IMG/VR virus record: IMGVR_UViG_3300028569_000032
Direction: 5' to 3' (one strand)
Length of the DNA: 64,000 nt
Source: an uncultured virus (IMG/VR IMGVR_UViG_3300028569_000032)
Lineage: Duplodnaviria; Heunggongvirae; Uroviricota; Caudoviricetes
Shown here: positions 1-10,696 of the stretch, piece by piece
How positions within the stretch are numbered: the first letter of the stretch is position 1
How the letters are laid out: each line of letters opens with the position of its first letter
Notes under the pieces: generated by a model
Database searches by the model: none
The model's input: the letters and a program-made list of their open reading frames with translations, nothing else
What the model was told of the DNA's origin: nothing
Made by a program: the position numbers and the translations under genes

Positions 1-220
1 GACTCCGCTGATTTTGAAAAAATATGGGCAAATGTCAGACCACAAACACAATCTTTTGGCAGAGACTCCGCTGATTTTGAAAAAATATGGGCAAATGTCA
101 GACCACAAACACAATCTTTTGGCAGAGACTCCGCTGATTTTGAAAAAATATGGGCAAATGTCAGACCACAAACACAATCTTTTGGCAGAGGCTCCGCTGA
201 TTTTGAAAAAAGATGGGCAA
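1..220 (+). repeat. 63-bp tandem repeat, about 3.5 copies, coding
   Basis: gactccgctgattttgaaaaaatatgggcaaatgtcagaccacaaacacaatcttttggcaga at 1, 64 and 127, with a degenerate partial copy at 190. Confidence 0.95.
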
Positions 221-1233
221 GAAACAATCAAGATGAACCTAGATTTGAAAACTTTTCATTCAAAGAATGGCTCCTTACCGAAAAAGAAAAAGGATGGGGA
301 GATTGGATTGCTAAAAAAACAGGTCAATTCGTAGGAGCAGGAGCAGGTTATATCTACGGATTCAGTTCAAGCCTACTAAAAAGTCTTGGAAATAGAATCA
401 GCGATGTAGTTAAATACATTTCATCAAATCCAAGACAAGCAACCAAAATGGCAGCAATAGTTGGAGTGGCTATGCTCACAGGTGGAATAGTTGGTAGAAT
501 ATCACACGATGTCGTTGATGCAGTAAGCAGCAAAATAAGCCAAGTAATGCCAAGTGCAGACCCACAAGATATACAATCAACTATGGTTCAGGTATCTCCA
601 GCACAAGACGCTGTAGCTGCTAAATCCCAAACTGTACAAGATGCCGCAACAGCTAAATCACAAGCAGCACAAGATGCCGTAGATGCTAAAAGAGATATTT
701 TTGGAAGAATGATAAGTCCTGACGCACAGGAAACAAAAAATCTATTCCGTGCCATGAAAGATACCTTTGGAGGAAATTCCCACGAACTTAAAATGGGTTC
801 TATTCCTCATGGAATGACTGTAGACATGAATGGAGATGGAATACCCGATAATCCTACTTTTAACTATTACAATAAAACAGATCATACTTTTTATGGATCA
901 GATGGTAAGCCTGAATGGAGATTTGACGGTAATAAAATCATGTCTGTTGATAAAAACTCATTTGTAGCACCAGCAACATCGGTTCCATCAGCGCCAGTAG
1001 CACCAGTAGCACCAGTAGCACCATCAGCGCCAGTAGATACACAATCTGCACCATCATACCTTCAAACAAAAATGCAACTTGCTCATAACCGTATTGCACA
1101 GATGAAACAAGATGCTGCTGAAGCTGAACGTCTAGGAGCAGCATCAGGAAATTTACCATCAGTCAGAACACTTCCCGATGGAAGCGTTATGAAAAGCTTT
1201 TCTGGTAGATTACCACCCGGATATTCAAGATGA
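1..1233 (+). CDS. Hypothetical protein, 5'-truncated by the window edge, with 21-aa repeats; paralog of 6729..7937
   Basis: Frame +1 is open from base 1 (DSADFEKIWANVRPQTQSFGR x3 ... FSFKEWLLTE ...) and runs in frame into the 448..1233 ORF. Confidence 0.8.
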   Translation, partial: DSADFEKIWANVRPQTQSFGRDSADFEKIWANVRPQTQSFGRDSADFEKIWANVRPQTQSFGRGSADFEKRWARNNQDEPRFENFSFKEWLLTEKEKGWGDWIAKKTGQFVGAGAGYIYGFSSSLLKSLGNRISDVVKYISSNPRQATKMAAIVGVAMLTGGIVGRISHDVVDAVSSKISQVMPSADPQDIQSTMVQVSPAQDAVAAKSQTVQDAATAKSQAAQDAVDAKRDIFGRMISPDAQETKNLFRAMKDTFGGNSHELKMGSIPHGMTVDMNGDGIPDNPTFNYYNKTDHTFYGSDGKPEWRFDGNKIMSVDKNSFVAPATSVPSAPVAPVAPVAPSAPVDTQSAPSYLQTKMQLAHNRIAQMKQDAAEAERLGAASGNLPSVRTLPDGSVMKSFSGRLPPGYSR

Positions 1234-1781
1234 TGAAAAATATGATTAATTTCAAAAATTGGCTTGTAGCAGAAGAAAAAGAAATAGAAGTAATCAGCAC
1301 CCCAACAGGTGATTACTGCTCCGGAGTGAGCATGAATGTTGACCTTTGGTATTCACCACAAAATAGCGAATTTCTTAAAGTAAAAAATAAAGAAGAACTC
1401 ATCAATTCCCTTGTCGATGCAGCCGAACATGGAAATATGAAAGTTTTTGATAAAAAATTAACTCTTTATGACAACAACCCAGAATCAGGATTCACCTACC
1501 TTATCGTTCTAGGACAAAGCCATATTATTATTCATACTTGGCCAGAAAAAGGACTTCTAAACTTAGATGTATTCACATGCGGAAGCGAAGGAGATCCAAA
1601 AGCTATTTTCAATTGGATAGAAATGAAATTCCCACCTCAACACAAACAAGTTAAACAAAATGATCGTGGAATAAGAAAACATGTCCAAGACGCAAATGAA
1701 AGACTTGATAAGCCAAGTGACCTAAAACCAGATTCAAAATTTAATGCTCTTAAATCAAAAAATAAATATAAAATTGGTTGA
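1230..1781 (+). CDS. speD: S-adenosylmethionine decarboxylase proenzyme (pyruvoyl, SpeD/SpeH-like)
   Basis: GFTYLIVLGQSHIIIHTWPEKGLLNLDVFTCG matches the SHxxxHTWPE...DxFTCG signature. Confidence 0.85.
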   Translation: MMKNMINFKNWLVAEEKEIEVISTPTGDYCSGVSMNVDLWYSPQNSEFLKVKNKEELINSLVDAAEHGNMKVFDKKLTLYDNNPESGFTYLIVLGQSHIIIHTWPEKGLLNLDVFTCGSEGDPKAIFNWIEMKFPPQHKQVKQNDRGIRKHVQDANERLDKPSDLKPDSKFNALKSKNKYKIG

Positions 1782-2082
1782 ACTATTGATGAATATTCAA
1801 TTGAAATTAACTAAGACTTACCATATAACCAGTTTATAATTTTATTCCAAATAGGACGAAAAAAACATAAAACAATAAACCCAATAATAGCATTTAATGA
1901 CTGAATAAAAATATATGTCAACAAAAATGTGACAGATTGAGATTTAACTTTTTCATTATTTTCAACTTTTTTTTCATTAAACATATTATCCAAACCATGC
2001 CTTTCTTGAAGAATAAAAATACCTCTACCACTCCAGCAATAATTATTGGAGTGGTAGAATTTCTTAAACATTGAAAAATACT

Positions 2083-3081
2083 TTATTTGTTGCAGAAATC
2101 AAATTCTTTTTTAAGATTAATTTCAAGTAGATCTTTGGAAGTACTCCACCTCCTAAAAGAATAGCCGAAAGTACCATCAAAACTGCGAAAACGAAGATAA
2201 TACTTGATCATTCCACTCGGATAAATACAATAGTTCTCTAATCCACAATCCTTGATCGTATCATCCTTTTTACTTCTAATCTTGGCATAACCAATTAAAT
2301 CTGCTTCCTGCAATCTCGTGGAAAAAACACCAAGATCCTTAGCCCACACACATGCAGGATTAGGCTTATATTTCTTTTTTTCACTTTCATTAATGTCAAA
2401 AAGTTGCCTCTGAACAACTCTTTCGTTAACAGCAACAGACTCTTCCTTCTTTGTCTTCATGTTCCGATCAACAACATCCCAATGCTGAACAGTTCTACTT
2501 CCTCTTCCACTAGACTTTTCAAATGACTTAAAGTAAATCAAATTTTTCTTTTCAAGAAAATTAATACAGTCCTGAAGAACACTTGCACTTGCATGCCCAC
2601 CCAATACAATATACATTTCCCCTCTTGACAAACCATCTTTACTTTCAGAAATCGCCTTCAATAATTTCATCCTATACTTTTTCCTGTTAGCCTTGTATGC
2701 CGATGTAAATCTAATCTGATTTTGACTGACATTTTTATTCACATTGATTTTAACAGAAACCTTAGGAGCAGAATGATCAGAAGTAACTCCTTCTTTGATG
2801 ACTTTGAGTTGATGAGCCAACTGAGCCATCTGCCTTTCCAACTCTTCGACCTTGTTCTGCCTAGCCTGATCAACAAATATCTTGCTAAAAAGACCATGAC
2901 TGCGGATAATATTCAAATCAGAAGCTAGCAAATTATTGCAGTCTTGGCGAATTTTCTTAATCCACTGCAAAGAAGCATGTTCCAAAGAACCAACATCACC
3001 AGAAGATGGAATGCCAGACTCTTGCAAAAACTTGCAAAAAATCATAGTTCGACTGTTACTTCGCTTTTCGTCTTCATTCAT
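2083..3081 (-). CDS. Hypothetical protein, possible winged-helix segment
   Basis: 332-aa ORF with GAGGA SD; segment GLSRGEMYIVLGG...LQDCINFLEKKNLI resembles a wHTH. Confidence 0.6.
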   Translation of the reverse strand: MNEDEKRSNSRTMIFCKFLQESGIPSSGDVGSLEHASLQWIKKIRQDCNNLLASDLNIIRSHGLFSKIFVDQARQNKVEELERQMAQLAHQLKVIKEGVTSDHSAPKVSVKINVNKNVSQNQIRFTSAYKANRKKYRMKLLKAISESKDGLSRGEMYIVLGGHASASVLQDCINFLEKKNLIYFKSFEKSSGRGSRTVQHWDVVDRNMKTKKEESVAVNERVVQRQLFDINESEKKKYKPNPACVWAKDLGVFSTRLQEADLIGYAKIRSKKDDTIKDCGLENYCIYPSGMIKYYLRFRSFDGTFGYSFRRWSTSKDLLEINLKKEFDFCNK

Positions 3082-3144
3082 GACTATATCCTCATGTTAC
3101 CGTCCATCGTCCATCCGTTAACGCAGGACGGATTTCTACATGTG

Positions 3145-3245
3145 ATAATACTTAGATTTTCAAGGATTGTAAATCATTATGCCAAGAAATTTACAGCAAA
3201 GTTCAAAATAAAGTACTTTACAATCAAGGAAAACTAATTTATATT
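3145..3245. promoter_or_regulatory. Divergent sigma70-like promoters
   Basis: Plus strand TTTACA-N17-TATATT (3217-3245) before metK; minus strand TTTACA-N17-TATTAT (3173-3145) before 2083..3081. Confidence 0.6.
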
Positions 3246-3283
3246 AAACGTGTCCAATCCAAACAATCACAGGGGAAATAAAA

Positions 3284-4411
3284 ATGTATCTCTGGACAAG
3301 CGAAGCAGTTTCTAAAGGCCATCCAGACAAAGTCGCTGATCAAATCGCCGACTCAGTTCTCGATGCATACCTTTCAATTGACCCAACACAACGTGTCGCA
3401 TGTGAAGTAACATGTTGCAAAAAAGTCGTTCTCGTCACAGGAGAAGTAAGCAGCAGCAAGTCTGTTGATATCGACTCTATCGTTCGCAATAAAATCAAAG
3501 AAATCGGATATAATCATCCCGATACCAGTTATGACGGCAACACCGTCAAAGTTCTTAACCTCATCAATACCCAATCAGATCAAATCGCCAACGCTGTTGC
3601 CAAAGAAAATGGCGATATCGGTGCAGGTGACCAAGGAATTATGTTTGGATTCGCATGTGACGAAACATCTTCTCTCATGCCTCTTGCTCACCACCTTTCC
3701 TTCAAGGCTATCAACGCACTTGAAGCAAACAGGACTTCATCTGATTCTCCATTACTTCCAGATGCTAAGTCACAAGTAACAATCGCTTATAACGATAACG
3801 GTACTCCAAACCATATCGACACAGTCCTTGTTTCAACACAACACAAAGAAAGAGCATTCAGCAATATTGCTGAATTAAAAGAATACTTGCATAAAGTAGT
3901 TCAGCCTTCTATCGCTGAACTTTATGAGAAGTATATCAACTCCAATACCAAGTGGCTCTATAACCCAGCAGGTCTTTGGACATTCGGAGGACCCGGAGCA
4001 GATACAGGATTAAGCGGAAGAAAAATCGTAGTCGATAACTACGGAGCAGATTGCCCAATTGGAGGAGGTAGCTTCAGTGGTAAAGATCCAACCAAGGTTG
4101 ACCGTAGCGCAGCATACGCAGCACGTCATGTGGCCAAAAATATCGTCGCCCAAGGACTCGCTAAAAGATGCCAAGTCCAAATATCTTACGCAATCGGAGT
4201 GGCAGAACCAGTCTCAGTCCGTGTCCAAACTTTCGGAACAGGAGACGATTCCAAATTGACCAGACTAGTTCAAAACAATGTCCAACTCAGTCCAAAAGCC
4301 ATCATCGACCGATTCCAACTTCGTCGCCCTATCTACTCAGCTACGGCAACAGGAGGCCACTTCGGAAGAGATCAATTCCCTTGGGAATTGATTAACCTGA
4401 AAATCAACTAA
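3284..4411 (+). CDS. metK: S-adenosylmethionine synthetase
   Basis: SEAVSKGHPDKVADQIAD, GAGDQG, GRKIVVDNYG and GGGSFSGKDPTKVDRS motifs. Confidence 0.98.
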   Translation: MYLWTSEAVSKGHPDKVADQIADSVLDAYLSIDPTQRVACEVTCCKKVVLVTGEVSSSKSVDIDSIVRNKIKEIGYNHPDTSYDGNTVKVLNLINTQSDQIANAVAKENGDIGAGDQGIMFGFACDETSSLMPLAHHLSFKAINALEANRTSSDSPLLPDAKSQVTIAYNDNGTPNHIDTVLVSTQHKERAFSNIAELKEYLHKVVQPSIAELYEKYINSNTKWLYNPAGLWTFGGPGADTGLSGRKIVVDNYGADCPIGGGSFSGKDPTKVDRSAAYAARHVAKNIVAQGLAKRCQVQISYAIGVAEPVSVRVQTFGTGDDSKLTRLVQNNVQLSPKAIIDRFQLRRPIYSATATGGHFGRDQFPWELINLKIN

Positions 4412-4422
4412 AACTAACCAAA

Positions 4423-4458
4423 CAAAAAGGGACATGCCTAAAAACATGTCCCTTTTTG
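4423..4458. terminator. Intrinsic terminator after metK
   Basis: aaaaagggacatg-cctaaaaa-catgtcccttttt hairpin with T tail. Confidence 0.8.
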
Positions 4459-4565
4459 TTGCATTATCGCCACCACTATTAAATAATTTTCTCATCAAAC
4501 ACCAAATCCATATTGCCTCCACAATAAAAATAGCTTAAAATCTTCTAAACAAGAAGGATAAGCAA

Positions 4566-5219
4566 ATGTGGAACACACCTCTAGGAATCAAACAAATATC
4601 AGGAACAAATAAACAACTAATCATGATAGGAGTCAAATCAATAACTCAAAAAATCTGCAAGGAAAAAACTAACCCAATAAAAGCATTCCAAAACCTTATA
4701 GAAAATGATAAAGAATTTTGCGGCAATGCACCAAGTGTATTCCTCTCTATGCCAGATACACAAAAAATCGTCGCCATAAATAAAGTATGCAACGATATGT
4801 TCTCAACAAATAAACCACCAAAACAATACGCATGGAACGAAGCAACAGTAAAAGCTATATTCGACTCAATCAATGATGAAATCATAAGCGAAATAAAAAC
4901 AAACAATACAAACGAAATAAGAGAAATTATATTAAAAATTTATCACGAAATATGCGAAGAAAAAATTAAATTCAAACCAAATAATAAAAAAAAATGGTTC
5001 GATATCATCGATCACCTATCAGGCTTGATACTATGGAACAACAACTACGAAATGCAATTCGATGACATCGAACCAGAAGTAATGAAAGAAATAAAGAAAT
5101 ACATGTGCATCGAAAAAGACTATTGGATCAAACCAGCACCTATCGATGACACCATATCAATAAAACTAGCATTAAAAGAACTCTACGAATTGATAAATGA
5201 AAAAGAAGTAGACCAATAA
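4566..5219 (+). CDS. Hypothetical protein
   Basis: 217-aa ORF with AAGGA SD. Confidence 0.7.
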   Translation: MWNTPLGIKQISGTNKQLIMIGVKSITQKICKEKTNPIKAFQNLIENDKEFCGNAPSVFLSMPDTQKIVAINKVCNDMFSTNKPPKQYAWNEATVKAIFDSINDEIISEIKTNNTNEIREIILKIYHEICEEKIKFKPNNKKKWFDIIDHLSGLILWNNNYEMQFDDIEPEVMKEIKKYMCIEKDYWIKPAPIDDTISIKLALKELYELINEKEVDQ

Positions 5220-5264
5220 ATATTTACCAATAATATATTTGGCAAATATTATAAATATATCATC

Positions 5265-6716
5265 ATGAACTTCAAAGATTTTTTTTACAAATCCAGAACA
5301 CTCTTAGAATTTAAGTCTCAAGACTTCTATGATTTCTATGCTCTTACAGCAATACAAAAAATGCCAAACATTGGTGGCGACTATGGAGACTTATCAACTA
5401 AGAAAACAGAATACGACAAAGAAATTGAAGACAAAATAATCGACAAAGGAAACAAAGTAATCGACGAAATAATCGACGATATGTCTTTTATTATTCTAAA
5501 AAGACATATGAGAACAGAATTGTTTATAGAAATAATGCAAGAAAAATATCCAGAGACTTTGAATAAAATACCAAAAGAAAGACAAATTAAAACAGGATTC
5601 TCAAGAAATTGGGAAGATAATCAATTTTTCGACATATGGCCTAAATTTACAAATAAAGATAAAGACAACATCATACAAGCATCTATGGAAACATATGGAA
5701 ATCAAAATCCATGGAAAGAAATATCACAATTAATCAAAACAACAAAAGAACAAATACCAATATTCAATGTTAATAAAATTGTATATAAAGTAAACGAACT
5801 GACACAGCTAATCCACAACAATGGATCTATATTGGAATATCTTCCAAATGCCTTCGATAAGGCATTGCAAACAAGAGATGTTGCCTCAAGAGCTTACTTA
5901 GCCTCTATTGCATCTCCTTCCGTGAAAGAATTAATGAGATCAGCAGCAGTAGGCTACTTGGGAAAGCCAGAAGAACCAAAATACTTAGATCTTATAAAAA
6001 CGGCTATGAACAGAGCCATAAAAATGAATTTCTTTGAAAACTCATACTTTCAATTTGAAGAAACAATACAAAATTCACCTGAAAAAGAATCAATGAAAGG
6101 CAAAATTATAATTCCATCATCATCATTTAATATTTTCGCATCAAATAAAGATAATATTCATGACGCACTTGAGATGAAAAGATTTTTATCGAAATATAGT
6201 TTCAAATATATTGGTCGTGAATTAAAAGGTAAAAATAACTCAGAAATACAAAATAAAATGAAAATAAAAGAAGAACAAATAAAAAAAGAAAACGAAGGAG
6301 ATAAAACATGGCTAAGAAAGTTTGCCTTTGCAGCAGACAATGCTCTATTTAACGATAATAGAGATTTTTACCCAGCAAAGGTATATTATATACTCAAGAA
6401 AAATAACATAAATCCATCAGATGATATAGTAATAAACTTTTTAATGACTCATCAGAAAACAGATGACAAACAATTCAAAGGTGTAAATATATCATACAAG
6501 GGAATAAAAAATCAATTCTTCAACCTATTCACACAAAATATAGAATATCCAGAAAATAGAATATTATACCAATTTAACCATGAAGAAAATTATGAATACG
6601 GACTTATAACATATGCACAAAAAAGAATATTACTAGACATAACTTATAACTTTATGGGTACACATGTTAATATCGTTAATGAACTTGAAACAAAAGAATT
6701 AGATCAAATTATTTGA
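5265..6716 (+). CDS. Hypothetical protein with N-terminal MNFKDFF motif
   Basis: 483-aa ORF; TATAAATA at 5250-5257. Confidence 0.75.
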   Translation: MNFKDFFYKSRTLLEFKSQDFYDFYALTAIQKMPNIGGDYGDLSTKKTEYDKEIEDKIIDKGNKVIDEIIDDMSFIILKRHMRTELFIEIMQEKYPETLNKIPKERQIKTGFSRNWEDNQFFDIWPKFTNKDKDNIIQASMETYGNQNPWKEISQLIKTTKEQIPIFNVNKIVYKVNELTQLIHNNGSILEYLPNAFDKALQTRDVASRAYLASIASPSVKELMRSAAVGYLGKPEEPKYLDLIKTAMNRAIKMNFFENSYFQFEETIQNSPEKESMKGKIIIPSSSFNIFASNKDNIHDALEMKRFLSKYSFKYIGRELKGKNNSEIQNKMKIKEEQIKKENEGDKTWLRKFAFAADNALFNDNRDFYPAKVYYILKKNNINPSDDIVINFLMTHQKTDDKQFKGVNISYKGIKNQFFNLFTQNIEYPENRILYQFNHEENYEYGLITYAQKRILLDITYNFMGTHVNIVNELETKELDQII

Positions 6717-6728
6717 AAATATTTCAAA

Positions 6729-7937
6729 TCATCCTGAGCCTAAAACAAGTCCCCTCAAAACATTTGTTGGTCCAGATAAATGACGATCCTTTTTAGCAAC
6801 ATGTGCAGCAGCATCAGCCACTGCATGAGTTCCCATATGTGCTGCATGATGAGCGATATCATGTCCGTGACCAGCTGCATGAGCAGCACCATGAGCAGCA
6901 CCATGAGCAGCACCATGAGCAGCACCATGAGCAGCATCGGCTGCGTGGGCTGCATGAGCGGCACCATGAGCGGCACCATGAGCGGCACCATGAGCGGCAT
7001 CGGCTGCGTGGGCTGCTCCATGACCTGCTGCCATTTGATGACTAGCATCTGCAATTGTTTTACTTAATTCTTCAGCACTAGCAGCACCCATACCAGCAGC
7101 AATGTTAGAAATATTTGACCAACCTTCTGGTGATGTTAACATTTTATATGCAGTTGCTGCAACTCCTCCAGATGCAACTGCAACAGCAACAACAATAGAT
7201 AACTTAAGAGCACCTATCGCAGCAGATTTAGGATCTGAACTCAATACATTCCATATTCCTGAAAAAATATTCTTAGCAGAAGATATCATTGATGACGCTA
7301 CTGATTTTGTTTTTCTAAGAGCTAAACCACCATACTTGGAAACATTACCAGCAACATTGCCCAATGCTCCACCAACCATTCCTGCTCCAGAAGCAATAGT
7401 GTCATACAAGCCTTCTTCTAAAACCCTTCTATGATAATAATCACTAAAATTCAAAGACTCATGCTTTTTTTCATGACCTTTTAATCCAATTAGCCATTCT
7501 ACAGCATTAGCCACTTTTTTCTGTACAGCATAAACAAGAACAACCATCGGAACAGTGCCAAATCCACCCATCAATACACCAGCAACAACAGCAACAGCAA
7601 GAGGCAAAGGAATTTTTAATGCACTCCAAAATTTACCCGTAACCTTGGCAAAATCAACAGCCTTTTCAACAAATGGATCAATTTTCGACTTCATCTTCTC
7701 ATACATCTGTATTTCTTCTGGACTAAAAACACTAGATGCATCATAAGATTTCTTAAATCCAGATGCAAAAGAACCTAGAATACCTTTCTTCTGAACTTGG
7801 GCCTGTGGAGCATTTCCTGTTAAAGCAGTATCTTGTTCAAAAAGATAACTGTCAACAATGCCATAATTTCTTTTATAAACAAATTCAAGATATGGATTTA
7901 TTCTAGGATTATATTCGTTTATCATATTTTTAAGCAT
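6729..7937 (-). CDS. Hypothetical protein with hydrophobic segments and an Ala/His-rich (AHGA)n tail
   Basis: 402-aa ORF; 12-bp coding repeats at about 6870-7025. Confidence 0.8.
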   Translation of the reverse strand: MLKNMINEYNPRINPYLEFVYKRNYGIVDSYLFEQDTALTGNAPQAQVQKKGILGSFASGFKKSYDASSVFSPEEIQMYEKMKSKIDPFVEKAVDFAKVTGKFWSALKIPLPLAVAVVAGVLMGGFGTVPMVVLVYAVQKKVANAVEWLIGLKGHEKKHESLNFSDYYHRRVLEEGLYDTIASGAGMVGGALGNVAGNVSKYGGLALRKTKSVASSMISSAKNIFSGIWNVLSSDPKSAAIGALKLSIVVAVAVASGGVAATAYKMLTSPEGWSNISNIAAGMGAASAEELSKTIADASHQMAAGHGAAHAADAAHGAAHGAAHGAAHAAHAADAAHGAAHGAAHGAAHGAAHAAGHGHDIAHHAAHMGTHAVADAAAHVAKKDRHLSGPTNVLRGLVLGSG

Positions 7938-8050
7938 AAAACACGCTTTTCAATAACGTGAATAAATCTGCATCCTCCAAAACATTTTTACTTAATATTA
8001 TTTATAATAAATGAATAGAAAAATAAATTAAAAATTAAATATATAACAGT

Positions 8051-8626
8051 ATGGAAAAATTCATCGAATTCATGAATAAAAAGAAATATGAATTAATCAA
8101 TAATATTCATGAAGCAAGAAAAAAGAAAGAACCTAGTCCAGAACCTAGTGTTGTTCCTGCTAGTAAATATCCTATTCCTGACTATGAAAGAACATCTAAA
8201 ATATATGTTCAACCCGGTCTCACATATGTCCCATTAGGAGATAGACTAGCAAAACAAGCAGAAGAAAGTTTCAAAAAGGGCGAGATTGGAATTGGAGAAT
8301 TTCTTAAAACACAACAACCGGGATTCAAAGCCACAATTAATGGAGAAGAATATATAGTTTCAATGGATGGATCTTTTGTTAAAAGAAGATATCCAATATC
8401 AGGCTTCAAAGGAAGCGCAATAGGACAAAAAGAACTTTACTCTCCTAGAACAGTTGTAAAATATACCAAATATCTCAAAAAAAATCCAAACAAAGATACA
8501 GATGGATTAGAAGTATCTGGAACACCAGATAACTATTTCGTCAGAGATGGACATCACCGTATGCAAGCTTATAAAAACGCAGGAAGAAACGAAATTCCAG
8601 TTATAATACCATATAAGGGTGTTTGA
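8051..8626 (+). CDS. ParB/sulfiredoxin-like domain protein
   Basis: YFVRDGHHRMQAYKNAGRNEIPV motif. Confidence 0.7.
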   Translation: MEKFIEFMNKKKYELINNIHEARKKKEPSPEPSVVPASKYPIPDYERTSKIYVQPGLTYVPLGDRLAKQAEESFKKGEIGIGEFLKTQQPGFKATINGEEYIVSMDGSFVKRRYPISGFKGSAIGQKELYSPRTVVKYTKYLKKNPNKDTDGLEVSGTPDNYFVRDGHHRMQAYKNAGRNEIPVIIPYKGV

Positions 8627-8893
8627 TGATTTGTTTTCAATATGAAATCATAACAATTCCTTATCAATAACTTCACCCAAAATTCATATATTTAAGACTT
8701 AAATTTCAATAAATAATACATGGAAGAAATCATTTACATAGTTCAACATATAACAACAAATAATCCAGCATTGCCTAATTCTCAAAAGGAATTAATCAGT
8801 AATCTATCATTCATCACAATCCTACCAGCAACAACCATGTTCATCCTCTACGCAATCTGTGAAGAATATTTTAGCTGCTAATCTAAATAAATC

Positions 8894-9376
8894 ATGATAT
8901 CTTTCTACCAATTCCTTGAATCACAAGAAACACCTGAACTACCACCAGAAATGGGAACCGCTCCAATACCAGATGGATGCGTAAGACTTTATCATCAAAC
9001 AAATCCAGAAAATGTTCCATCAATTAAACAAAATGGCATAACTAAATCCTTGTCCACAGGAAAATCACACAACGAACCATCCGTCATCTGGGCTGCAAGA
9101 AAACCATTCTATAGCCTCAAATCAGACCTAGCTACTATCGAATTCTTTATCCCAGAAGAACAATTCTCACCACCAAGCTACGTCTTGGTAGACTTAATAC
9201 CACCAGAACAAATTATAGGAATACACGAAAGATGGAACGACCTCGCAAGACACCTAATAAAAGATTACCCAGAACCAAATCAATCAAAAATTGACTTCTG
9301 GATGTCTATCGACGATAATTACCAAAAAGCTACCCAATTTTATGTCAATTATATGAAATCAATAGATAAACTATAA
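8894..9376 (+). CDS. Putative ADP-ribosyltransferase-like (KptA/ART fold) protein
   Basis: VRLYHQT...SIKQNGI and IPPEQI motifs. Confidence 0.5.
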   Translation: MISFYQFLESQETPELPPEMGTAPIPDGCVRLYHQTNPENVPSIKQNGITKSLSTGKSHNEPSVIWAARKPFYSLKSDLATIEFFIPEEQFSPPSYVLVDLIPPEQIIGIHERWNDLARHLIKDYPEPNQSKIDFWMSIDDNYQKATQFYVNYMKSIDKL

Positions 9377-9385
9377 ATACTCATT

Positions 9386-10696
9386 ATGAACTTCAAACAA
9401 TGGCTGTTAACCGAAGCAATAATTGACAAAGAAGAATTTATTAAAGAAATTAATTCTACAGAATATTCTTACTTACACTTACAACTATCCCCTAATGGAA
9501 AAATATTAATTACAAGCCCTTATATTGAAACCGATGTAATAAAAATTGATAAAAAACACAAGTCAATCGAAGCAAAAGGATCATTACAACCATTGTCTAA
9601 AAATTTTGCAAATGTAATCAACACAATTAAAAAAATATATCCTGAAATATCAAACTATGTCATTTCCTCAACAGGAGTTGCTGGATTCAGAAACCCATCA
9701 TTGGAAAATAGAACAGTACAGTATTGGCTTGACCAACAAAGAACGGACCCAAAAGCAAATCTACCAGAATATTTTTATCACGGCACCTGTACAAACTTAT
9801 ATAATATGTTCATCAAAGAACAAGGATTAGTCCCAAGACAAATATCTGGAAGCTCTGGATCTTATGGCGCATCAGTCAAAGCTTTATCCAGAGGAATGTT
9901 TAATTATCTTACAATTCATCCTGATTATGCCACAAGAGAAGCTGCTTTGCAAGCAGCAAGAAATCATGGCGGTCTTCCACTCATATTAAAAATTAATTCA
10001 CATGCAATAGATCCAACAAGACTTTTTCCCGATGAAGACGCAAGAACAGAAACTTGGGAAGAATCAATGAAAAAAATAGGAACAGTTGCCTACAAAGGCA
10101 TTATCCAAAACTCAAGCATCATACCATATGAAATTAGCAAAGACAATAATAGATTCAAATGGTCACCTTATGAAGAAACACCAATAATGGATCATCCAGC
10201 ATATAAAAATTTAACTATAACAAAAGAACATAGAAACAAAGATTCCATATTCTTTGCACTTTATGATACGGAAATAATTGATAGAAAAGGCAACTTACTC
10301 AAACCAATAACGAGCGAAGAATTTAACAAAATAATTAAAAATGCAAAATGGGCAACTAATGCATGGTTAATTTATGAATCAATGAGCGATGGCGCATTAG
10401 GACATACAAGAAATTCTGTTATCAGCAGAAGCAATTTTGATAAAGAAGCACAACAAATTATATTAGATTTGTATAACAATGGTATTTTGGATGATTATCT
10501 GGAAATGAAAAGCGAATACATTTACATATACGATGATGCAATACAAACAATAATAAAACATGCTAAACACCTTGGCAAAAATTCATGGAAAGAAATAGAA
10601 CAAAAATTAAGAAATGTTTACTCAAGAAAAAATAGAGATCAAAATGACTTTTTATATTCCACTGAAGCTAAAAAAATATTAGGAATCATATCATGA
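9386..10696 (+). CDS. Putative ART/KptA-like domain protein
   Basis: YFYHGT...IKEQGLVP...YLT...AA..HGG.PLILKI motifs; TATAAATA at 9372-9379. Confidence 0.6.
   Translation: MNFKQWLLTEAIIDKEEFIKEINSTEYSYLHLQLSPNGKILITSPYIETDVIKIDKKHKSIEAKGSLQPLSKNFANVINTIKKIYPEISNYVISSTGVAGFRNPSLENRTVQYWLDQQRTDPKANLPEYFYHGTCTNLYNMFIKEQGLVPRQISGSSGSYGASVKALSRGMFNYLTIHPDYATREAALQAARNHGGLPLILKINSHAIDPTRLFPDEDARTETWEESMKKIGTVAYKGIIQNSSIIPYEISKDNNRFKWSPYEETPIMDHPAYKNLTITKEHRNKDSIFFALYDTEIIDRKGNLLKPITSEEFNKIIKNAKWATNAWLIYESMSDGALGHTRNSVISRSNFDKEAQQIILDLYNNGILDDYLEMKSEYIYIYDDAIQTIIKHAKHLGKNSWKEIEQKLRNVYSRKNRDQNDFLYSTEAKKILGIIS

Noticed and set aside
14..334. 106-aa ORF in the track
   Set aside because: Alternative frame of the 63-bp repeat; frame +1 is continuous with the 448..1233 ORF.
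6755..7067. His/Gln-, Met/Ser- and Leu/Met-repeat ORFs
   Set aside because: Shadow frames of the 12-bp repeat inside 6729..7937.
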